DNA of 64,000 nt from Podarcis pityusensis. Lineage: Eukaryota. Below, in pieces: positions 39,078-49,871 of this stretch. The notes below the pieces were generated by a model that ran no database searches, was not told where the DNA came from, and was given only the letters and a program-made list of their open reading frames with translations. Numbering within the stretch: position 1 is the stretch's first letter; every line of letters begins with the position of its first letter. The DNA lies in assembly GCA_964106645.2 (NCBI GenBank), contig OZ067047.1. One strand, written 5' to 3'. A program made the position numbers and the translations under genes.

Positions 39078-40944
39078 TCCACTTAGAGGAGTCCTCAAAA
39101 GCAGAGGGTATTAGAAATCTTGCTTAGAATGGAGGGACTCACGAAATTGCCACATGTTTCTCTTTTTTGCAAATGCCAACAGCCCCGGCAAGCACACTCC
39201 CTGCCTCTCTCAAGTACATATTATAAGCTTCCAAGTCCCCACCCTTTTTCTTTTTCCTTTTGATGAGCAAATAAACCCCCATTAATTGAAATGACCCACC
39301 TAGTCTCATATCGTTACTGTGGGGTGTTCATCAAACTGTACAAATATGAAGACAACAAATATGTTGGAGTTCAGTTTTTGCAAAACCAAGTAGGGAGTTT
39401 GACGGTGCACGCTTACCACACATGGACTGCACATGCAATGTATATTGTAACATAGAGAGCTGAGTTTATGGTCCTTGAAAGAAACTGGTGAATGGCTGCT
39501 GTTAACTTCCAAACATTTGCAGAGATACGGGGTTACATTTCATTTCCTACTGGATGGGTTTCTGATACAATCTACGTGTGCCAAAAATTCATGTCTTTTT
39601 CTCCAGACGGGGAAACTGAGGCATATGCAGCTATCAGCAGCCATGTTTATCTCATGCTGTTGCAATGTTATCTCATTAAAAAATTCAACAGCCACCCTTA
39701 CTCCATAACCATTTTACTTTAATATTAGTATAACATAAAACATTTCCTCCCTATCACCCATTGTAGTTAAATATAAAAGGCTTTGCATTATGACACAAGT
39801 CATCCATCTGTGAAAATATCACCCCACCCCTAGTTGTGCCATGATTAAGAAAATGTGCTATCTGGCAAAAGTCATAGACAGAAACAGGGTTTCTTCCAGG
39901 TCACACAACAGATCAGTTTGTTTTGGCAGAAACAAACACAGATTACCTGATTTTACCAAGCCCATAATCTCTTGTTTAAATTCTGCTTAAATCGCACCAT
40001 ACATAAAGCTTCAGCTTCCGTCTTAGCACAAGTATATGCCACAGGGAAATGAAGGAGGGAGGGAGAGAGAGAAAGGTGGGGGGAAGAAGAAGAGGCACAG
40101 AGTTCCAAAAATTTAATTACATAAAACATCTGAATGCAGCACTTTGAGCAACCCACACTTCTAAGTGAAGGGAGATGAAAAGTACAGCCAGCTGCAGAGG
40201 AATCATTTGAAGTACCTATGGCTGTGGATTACCGATGCCTACTTGCCTTCACTGATGTAGCTTGTTTGTGAAGTCTTGGCACTCACAATTCTGCTCAAAG
40301 CGTGTATTTATGGATAAGATTTCTGTAGGGAGCCTTATGGAGCTAGAGCAGAAAGTAGGCCATGGTACTGCCTAAATACATCAGACCTTATTAAGTTTGC
40401 TGGTTGCCTAATTTTTGATTATTGAAGTATCAAGGCATATTAATACAGAAACTGAGAAATTGAGAATGAAGTGGCAAACTTACACAGGTACCGGCCAGGA
40501 GAAGCATTTACACTCAATAAGACCATTACATGTGGAGCAAACCACAGGCACACTCCATCACACCACCTTCCCTAAGATGGTAAAATGATAGTATGACTGC
40601 ATGACACTCCCTTGTATGTATATAATGAACACGAATGAAACAGGTTAAAATTCACAGCCTACCATCACTTGCTGTTCTAAGGTCAGCTTTAGTGCAAATA
40701 TGACCTATTGGGAAAATCATGTGCTGCCACAAGCATAGCTTTCAAAACAGATTATCTGAGTGGGTTTTTTTAATATATAAAAAATGCAGTCACTTTATCT
40801 AAAAGGAAGGATAACACTCCATGGTGCAATACTGAACACGAACCCAGATGTGTCTTCCAAGATTACTGTCACCAAAATCTCCTCCATGCAGATGTGCCAG
40901 TGCCTATAAAACTATCTGCCCATGCCATGCAGAAGTGAACTCAC

Positions 40945-41476
40945 CCAAATAATCATTGTAAAGCACTTGCTCTAAGTCACCAAGCATTGTTATTATAACG
41001 TCCTCATCCAGCTGTGCTGTCCCCTCGCGTAAGCAACCTTCTTCCTCCTCCACCCAGTTCTTGCTGGTGAATCTAGGCTTAAAGGGCACTTTTTCATCAC
41101 CCAATTTGCTCTTTTCTCCTTGGCCACATTCATCTGCAGAATAGCCTCTGAGCCTTTTGCTTGACTTTCTGCCTCTGACAGGTGGTAGTTCTTCAGTTTC
41201 CCACGGTGACTTGTTGCTGGCATGGTAAAGGGAGTGTGCTGATTTTGATAGTGCTTTGGAAAGCAAGCTTCTGCTTCCAAGTTCTGTCTCTCCTTCATGA
41301 TGAACCTGGCTAGACTTAGAAGCATTGCCAAACCAGTTCTCTCTGCATGAAAATCGCCTCTTTTCCCCTTCACTTAGGAGAGTAAGATTCGTCAAAGACC
41401 TCTGTTTCTGAAGGCGAGCACCCCCATTTCTTGCATCCTTGCCTCTGAATACTGAGAGTTCAGCAGGTCGTTGCAT
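40945..41476 (-). CDS. NAV3: Alternative (probably first) coding exon of NAV3 homologous to the NAV1 N-terminal exon, 532 nt: MQRPAELSVFRG...LQKQRSLTNLTLLSEGEKR...LSKALSKSAHSLY...DEDVIITMLGDLEQVLYNDYL(G)
   Basis: Open frame in ORF 40904..41488; first ATG at 41476 (A at -3) after an in-frame TGA at 41498-41500; donor TTGG|gtgagt in phase 1 fits the 34313 acceptor; four colinear blocks resemble the NAV1 N-terminus. Confidence 0.85.
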
Positions 41477-42200
41477 GATTTTAGCCAAAGATTCACTTCA
41501 AATTATGCTTCACATTTCCTAGATGCAAGGAAGGCAAGATCTTTTAAGCCGGTATCAGGAACGAACCTTTCAGCAGCGTACGATTTAGACAGCATGCAGC
41601 TCTCCTCTCCACTGGTACCGAGAAACATAGCTTACACATCCAGTGTGCATGCTGCAAATGACTAGACAGGCATAGTCATATTGTCTGAATTTATGTCGGT
41701 TTTGATGCTAAGCCAGCTCTCTCCAGCCCTGTTAATCTGCAGTACTTACAGTCATTTTACTTGAATTTCCTTCAAGCAGAAGAGAGTTGATCAAACACTC
41801 GGCTCCAGCACAAAAGTAATCCTAAAAGCCAGCGACGCTTTCCTCTCTCCATCCAATCATCGGGTTCATCAGAATGATGGACCTGCATCCCTTTCTACAG
41901 CTGCTGTATTCTGAAATCCAAAAGTACGGAGCAAGTGCAGACTACTGTGCTTCTCCCACGCTCTCCCGCTAGATCATGGCCGGTTGCTGTGCACAGCTCT
42001 TTACTTTAGACGGGCTGATAGAGATGCAAGTGCAGCCTGCACGTCAGAGCTCAATAAGAGCCAAAATTAACCAGCGAAGCAAAGCACTGAAAAGGCTTCC
42101 TTGCATTTTAGTATTCAACCTGCATTCCCAGATCTATGACTGTTCTCTGCTACAGCAGTGGATGCTGCTGGCTGCCATGGCAGCAAACAGCCTAGCAAAT
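41477..42200 (-). promoter_or_regulatory. Putative internal promoter/5'UTR of the NAV1-like NAV3 isoform
   Basis: No recognisable repeat; lies directly upstream of the 41476 ATG; several retained CpGs; TGACGTGC (CRE/ATF-like) at 42039-42046; 30-aa uORF at 41503-41595. TSS not determinable from sequence. Confidence 0.45.
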
Positions 42201-43597
42201 TAAACCGGAAAGACCCAAGCCTCTGCCCAATTTTGTAATGCCAGGGGTTTTGAGGCACAGCTTAAGCCAAATGGGAGGTCCCAGCATTAGCTGCAGCACA
42301 CCTTGAAATGGTATGTTTCACTGTACGGTAAGATTTAGAAAATGATTTCTGTCTTGCCGCTGCTATCCGTTATGCAGGCAATTAGAAGGAGATTTTCAAA
42401 TGGTATTTGATTCTTGCAGTGCATGGTGAATATGCCTCTTCCCATAGTATAATAAAGAATTTATGGGAGAAGAGTCTTTTTTTGTTTGTTTGATAGATCA
42501 GTTACTTATGTGAAACATTTCATTTCCACCTTCAAAATAAAATGCTTTGGATTCTCAAACCACTAAGGGGTGATTCTAAATGTTCAAAGAAAAATAATTT
42601 TTTCCAATCTTCTGGGGGAAACTATTAAATTGAGTAGATCACCAGATATGAAATCTCAGTCGAGGTATGAAGCAAAGCACACAAGCTCTAAACATTTTTT
42701 TATACACAGTAGCATTAAAATGCAATGAGAAAGTATAATTAATAGCTATAAGGTAGTTTTTTTCTGAAAAATGAAACCTTATGCTTAAGTATTATACAAA
42801 AAAAATTGCATTTGCAAAAACTGTAGCATTAAAAATTTCATCCAGCTCACAAATAGAGGTATCTAAAGACCATAATGTCATTTGTCAGCTTTCAGCCACA
42901 CCTACAGAATAAATCTTAAACTTCTTCCTGCATACAAAGAAGGAAATTGGGCAGATTATGTGCACTTTTATTAACACTTTGATAGATGGAAATAGCTCTA
43001 GTGATGCATTTTCACCAGGAAATTTTGACTCAGTTATTTATGTATTTTGGCTAGTTAAAATTAGATATAGCCAAGGGCTCTGTTTGCTCTTACCAGTGTT
43101 AAAAAGAATGATGAGTTTAGCCCATGGTTTGAAATTGGTTTAAGATCCTAGCTGGTTCCACCCCCAGTAACCACAGTCTCCTATTTCAGATAGAAATGGT
43201 AAAACTACACTTAGCTAGTCGAGGAAATTTTCTATCATGGCACAAAGAAAAGGAAGGAGGGAAATGACAGTGCAAAGAAGAACATGCACACGCCATCTTC
43301 ATTTAACAAACCAAAAATATACACCTAGCCCACCATGAAGTAGCATCAAACAATTAACACAATCAAACCCTAAGCCAAACTCCTACAACACACTAGAGAA
43401 ACCTGAGCTGCCTTCTTTGCATGGGAGCATTGCAAAATACGGCCTTTCTGCTAGCAGAATGAAAGCTTAAATACTACTCCAGGTACAACTGCTGAATGAA
43501 GGTAGCAGACCTCTCAATGAATAGCTGTTCCATATCTGAGAGGGGTGTGTGGAAACTGGTACAGTTAAAGGCGGTGGGGAAAAGAAGGCACCCAAGC

Positions 43598-43818
43598 TAG
43601 TTTGGTGTAGTGGTTAGAGTGCTGGACTAGGAGGCCTGGGAGACCAAGGTTGAAATCTCCACTCAGTCATTAAGCTCACAAGGCAACATTGGGCCACTCA
43701 CTGCCTCTCAGCCTAACCTACATCACAGGACTGCCATGAGGATACCAATAAGGAGGAGGACCATGAAAGTCACATTGATCTCCTTGGAGGAAAGGTAGGA
43801 TATAAATGAATAAATAAT
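43598..43818 (+). mobile_element. tRNA-derived MIR-like (CORE) SINE
   Basis: tggtgtagtggttagagtgctggactag...ctctcagcctaacctacatcacagg...tataaatgaataaataa. Confidence 0.72.
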
Positions 43819-46800
43819 AGCTGAGCTTCAAAGATTCCACACCCAAATGTAATTGTTCTTACATTTTAGGAAAGTGTGCATGCTTCTAGCAATGCACATT
43901 ATGTTTGGGTCCTTTCTATATTTATTCTGTTCAGGTAATGCAGCCATGACTAATACATATACACCAGCCATACAAACATATTTTAAACTCAGGAAAAGCA
44001 CGAACACAACATGTTAATACACAGCTGATGTTTTCTATTAATTTATTTTTAGACATTGCACTGAATACAGCCCGATGGCATATATTCATACATACACATT
44101 ACAGAATCCTTTTCCTTTTCCACATGGCAGTTGCCTTTGGACCACTCCAAGCAGCTAATTTTAGGATCTGAACTAGGCCATACACTGCAAGTCTCCTAGA
44201 CCAACATAAATTTGTATCAAAAAGATGTTATGTAAGCATGTTCCAAGTACAAATGTTTACAATGTAATTTCAGTAGAAAAAAAATACCCTTCCAAAACAA
44301 AAGCTACTTCAACAGACTGATCAATGTTTTGTAAAGCTGTTTCTTAAAAACAAATTTAAAATGGAAGAATTACAGGTTCTTATCCACCTTGCCTCTACAT
44401 CAGGTGGACAGATCATGAGTATACTTGGAAAGAGTGTTGTGGTTACTGAGATTTTCTTAGTGTTAAACATTTTGGTCTAAAAGCCACAAGTTTGTATAAA
44501 ACAGTGAAAGTTCTTCGTGTAGGTAATGTAGCAAAGGCCATATCCAAAATAGGATTTTGATTATTTACTTGAACGTTCTGTCACATAAGACATGACAAGA
44601 CATGCAAACAGCTTACAAGGACCACCTACGTTATAACCTAGGTTATCCACTCTCATTTGCAGAGAAGTGTAAGAGTATATAAATATAATTTAAAGTACAC
44701 AGCTTCTGTTGCAACACATTGTGCCAACATTCAGCGCTAAAGTACGTTTTTAGTTTTACCACAGAATGCTTAGATTAAAATAATCAACACAATTAAATAA
44801 CTACAGCATTATTTTGCGACAATAATTCATAATGTTTCACAGTAACATGACCCTCAGCCTAACAAAACTGCTTAGATGTATGTAACACTCAGAGTGTGCT
44901 TTCCCCAACCAAGGCCTTCTGTTTCTGCTATGTCTAAATATGCTTTCATCTGCAAACATCAAAAATAGGGCTTGAGGTACAGGCAGAGCTATCACTGAAA
45001 GGATAAATGCAGACAAACAGGAGATGGATTTTCCCCCACAGGAGACAAAAGCAACATCTTCAAAAGAAATGACAAAGATGATGATCTTTAGCATAACAGT
45101 TTCTTAGGTGTTCCCAGATCAATCACCTTCTCTGACTTAGCAGCAAGGGAATGCTAACTAGATCCTTTACCAAAACCTATCTTCACCATCCTTAAGCTTC
45201 AGAGGGGTTTAAAAAAGACAAAATCAAATAACAACCAATATACCTTAAAAAAACAATTATGCAACCTCTTAAAAAATCGACACAATGACAGAAATACTAA
45301 ACATTACATTGCAGCTTCAGAAAACAGTATCAAACCTGGGGCCACAAATGTCCACTGTCTTCCAAGTGCCTGAAGGAAAACATAACAGTATGCCACCATC
45401 AGCATGATGTTAGCGCTGCTGATGGCAGTGGTACATATGTGCTAAAATCAAATAAAAATACTAGGCTAAGGATAATGATGTTCTACGATTACTATTTTTT
45501 TCTGTAAATCTTGTTCTACTGAGAAAAAGCTGGTTGATGGATACTCATTGGTGAATCACTGCAATTTTGCCTATGTTCAAAGCCAATCCCATAAAGAACA
45601 GATAATTTTCTTTGTGTGGGTTTTTTTTTTTTTTTTTTTTTTGCATTTTAGTAGGTCTGATGCTTGTTTGGATTAGCACAGTAACACTGAAGCAGAAGGA
45701 GGCAAAAAACAGAAATGTGGAGCACGGTATCATTTCAATTTCGAAAACCACTGAGGGACAATTTAAGCATGATTGCCCCCACACAGAGGCTACTGATTAG
45801 CACTTACAGCACAGTGCCAACCTTACACCTGGCAAGAGCAAGGTTTAAAAGGCTTTTAGTGTGCTGGCCTACACAAAGGCACCATCTATATGACAGTGCA
45901 ACCACTTCCAGGGGTATACAACTCTGGAGTGCATCAAGCGCATGGGGTGACAGCCTTTCAAATGTTACACCCACCACATGGAGAACTGTCACTGGACAGC
46001 GCTTTTTGGCAACCACTCAGGGAGAGAGCTACAATGTTCAAATCCACTATGAGTGACCTCCACAAGCAATGACATCTCCTGAGACATTTCCAGTACTGTG
46101 TATGATAAGATGTCAAATGGCTAACAATTTGCTAGCTGCTGTCCTTGCACATCAGATCATCAAAGCAGCAAAGTAACTGCAGATGCCAAAGGATGGCAGC
46201 ATAAAAGACAAAAAAACAACAACCCCAAGTATCAACAACAGGTATCACTTGATGGGCAGTATTCCTAGGCTGATGAAATGTTATTGATATATGCAAACAC
46301 CTGCCCCACAACTGAACCATCTTGAAACAGTGGACTGCAGATCTAGCATGTGGACATTTTCAGTCTGCTGTTCTAGCCAATAATCATCCTGTTCAACAAA
46401 TGCTTGCAACGTTTTAGCCTTTTTCCTCACTCACTTGCTCACATTGCTGTAAGGCAATTATGAGTGACACACATCTGCTTTTCTTTTCTTTTTTTAGTAT
46501 TTCCAATATACCATGAGAGGATAACTGAACTGTCACTATAAGCTCCTCAATCAAGTACCACTTACATTCTGAAAAATGAGCCAGGAACTTGTCTGATCAC
46601 ACTCCTGTGCCCATTTCACCCTTCTGTGTCATTTTGGAGCAGAAATGTAAAACCCATTATGGTAAAAAGACTAGCTATTTGCTTACCTATGTATCCATCT
46701 GCCTGATTATTTCTGCTTACTCCAATGTGGAGCATATACCATCTGTAGCAGCCCTACTGAAGCAGTTTTGTACGCATTTATTTTTACCTGGGTATTTTGA

Positions 46801-48501
46801 GCTTGTGTATGCAAATTGACATGAGAAACTGACGTGAACATGCAGCATATTCAGAGGATCAGACAATGGGAGGAAGGGGAGGCCTACCTGATTAGGATTA
46901 AAACGACACAGAGCAGGGCGCGAGACACACAATAGTATTTGAATTCTGGACATTTAGACAAAGCTCACCAATGGCCTAAACAGCCAAATGTTTAACTCAT
47001 ATTCTGAGAATATTTAAATCACCGTACAAATGAATACACAAGGCAGCATTTCTACTAGTGCAATCAAATGTTCTTCCCACAGAAGAAAATCACCTGAAAA
47101 TATGCCTGCTTTCAAAGAATGCTATTCCTCAAGCTTTTACTGGGGGGGAGGGTGAGTTTGCTCCCCACCTCGCCTTCAGGAAGGAATGATGTACGCAGGG
47201 CGGACAGCATGCAGAGCTGACGGGAGTGCGGCTGTCTGCTTTATAAACTAGTCCTGTCCAATACTATTCCTCTTTCCCCGTGGCATGCCTTCCCACCCAC
47301 CTCTTGTCTAGTTGCAGCTAGTTTCTCATAATGAGGGCTGATGAGTCCTAAATTAACTGTTCGGCCCACACTCATCACTGTTGTGCTAAGGAGGTGGTGC
47401 TGTTTTGGCCGATTGGCTTTAATCGCTTTCACAGTGGATAGTGAGACACCAGATAGGCAAATGCTTAATATTTGGTGACCTCCTTGAGGCGCTGGTAGTG
47501 TGAAGGGTTGCTAACTCTCCAATCTCTTATTGCTGGCCAGCTTAAGAGGGTTCAGATATTGGCCTGGGGAGTTATCTTCTTGTTGAACAATGACCAGCAG
47601 CAACAGAGGGAGCAAGCATGAGATCCTTGGACTCCCTTTATGGCTGCCTATGATAGACACCATTCCCCTAAGGCTGAGTCACCTTGAGCCAGATCAATTC
47701 TATGCATATTTACTCAGGAGTATAAGTCCTACAGTGCCACCAGAGCAAATTATTATAATTATCGTTCAATTTTTGTATTAAGAAGAGGCCAGCAACTTGT
47801 TTCTTTTATTAGGACAATGGCCCAAGAAACCAGAAAAGCAAATTGAAGACAATAGCTGGAAATGGCATTTGAAAGTAAACTACAGGGAAGGAGAACCTGC
47901 TGCCCTTTAAATGCCTTTAGATTCCTACTCAGCCTCAGCCAGCAAAGTCAATGATTAGGAATAATGGAGGGTATAGTCCAACAACTTCTGAAGAGCCACT
48001 GGTTCTCCATCCCTTTCATATTGCCCCTGAATCTGGAGATCAGATTTAGTTATCATGCCTTTGAGGGACCCATTCTCCATGCATTTGTCTAATTACCATT
48101 TGAAGCAATCGTAGTCCATGGTCATCATCATTTCTCATGTCAGCAAATTCCATTAGGTAATCAAGATCTTATTTTCCTCTTTCTCCTGAATCTATGGCCT
48201 TTCAACTGCTTCAAAATCTAATGTTAAGCAAAAGTGGGGGAAACATTTCTACCCACCTTCTCCACATCTATTATGGCCCTTCTCAGTCCTTTCTTTTCTA
48301 AGGGAACAAAATGCTTTAGCCTTTCTTCGGGTGGAAGGTACTCAGATAATTCACGATATTTTTGGAACATTCTGAATTTATGTGTTTCTGCTATAATAGG
48401 GCTGCAACTCTACACTCAGAAGAGTACAGCAAGGATGAAGAACCTTTTTCAATCTGAAGATGGCAAGGCTGTTGGGGACCACATTCAGCAGTGGGAAGGG
48501 G

Positions 48502-48505
48502 CACA

Positions 48506-48528
<23 letters not shown>
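48502..48528. repeat. (CA)n microsatellite
   Basis: Direct reading. Confidence 0.95.
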
Positions 48529-48536
<8 letters not shown>

Positions 48537-49464
48537 CCTTACATAGACACAGACAGACAACTATTACTCAGGGGAGGCATATATTAAATTCTTAGTAAGT
48601 CCAATTAAGTTTCACCTTACATTTTCTCCACAGACTATCTGTCCTGGATGTGCAAAAGGCAAAAAGACCCCAGTAGTTCCAGAAAATTACAAATAACATT
48701 GACACACAGCTGAACTGCAAGCCCTACCTTACAGCTATTCAAAACCTCAAAAAGGGGGGGGGGGAGAGAAATGCAACTGCACTTCAAAAACCGCATACAT
48801 GCAATTGCAGAATAATGGATACTTATTATATATTTGCAAGGAACACAAGCCTAGCACTTTGCTGAGACATTTCCCCTTCTGTTTTGATCTCTGCAACAGA
48901 TCTTTGTGAGGAAGGGGTACAATTGCACATTTTGTACAACATCTTCGCCTCCCCCCACTCTTCACCAGCTGTCTGATGAACAGTTGGTAGGTAGAAGGGG
49001 GCAAAGGGGACTGTATGCAGTCTGACGCTTGGGCCGAGTATTCCCCATCCCTGGTGTACAAATTAAAGCTCCTCTTGAACCAAAAGCTAGCATTGGGCAA
49101 AGACTGTTCAAAAGGAAGTCCATCAGTGACCTTCTAATCTAGCCACATACAGTGGAGGCAAGAAAATAGCCAGAAATGTCAGTTAAAATACTTCTAATTA
49201 ACTTTAGAATGTCTCTTTGCTAAGTAAGATTTACTTCTGAGTAAACTTTATAGAAGTATGCGAGTCACAGGGGAATCACAATTCAGCTCTCACTGCACAG
49301 AACCTGCATTTTAATTCTACTTCCGCTTAACCAAGGAAACACAATGCTAAACAGATCTGGCAGAAACCTAAAAACCACGACTTAAAATTATTTTATTTTA
49401 TTGAATTAATAATGTAAATCAGTCTACCTATGATAATCCAAGACTTCAGGGTTAGGGCCTAGAC

Positions 49465-49593
49465 CAGACTTCTCAACCTCGGCCCTCCAGGTGTTTTGGA
49501 ACTACAGTTCCCATCATCTCTGACCACTGGTCCTGATAACTAGGGATCATGGGAGGCCAAAAACATCTGGAGGGCCGAGTTTGAGGAAGCCTG
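49465..49593. mobile_element. Palindromic hAT MITE
   Basis: Same family as 2610; perfect TSD GCCTAGAC. Confidence 0.88.
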
Positions 49594-49755
49594 GCCTAGA
49601 CTGATTCAGGTACCCATGTAGAGATATATACCCAATTTGTATTTTTTAAAACATTCTTTAGAATATTTGTATACAGTATTTTATGTAAAGCACATCCAAA
49701 TTGATTCATCCAAATTTCAAAATAAAGCAGAAAAAATAAAATACACATTACTCAC

Positions 49756-49871
49756 CAGATATTTCCTCTAGGCATTGTTTGGCAGTCTTGCTATATGCCA
49801 AATCCATTTTTGTGGGACTGGTGCAGAAGTCAGCAGGTGGGAGAGAGGTACTGTCATTTTCTGAATGAGTT
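49756..49871 (-). CDS. NAV3: NAV3 coding exon (~exon 9), 116 nt: THSENDSTSLPPADFCTSPTKMDLAYSKTAKQCLEEISG
   Basis: Acceptor tttcag|A, donor CTG|gtgagt; phase 2 to 1. Confidence 0.95.

Noticed and set aside
45790-46090. Possible old LINE fragment with short ORFs
   Set aside because: Too degenerate to assign a family by eye.
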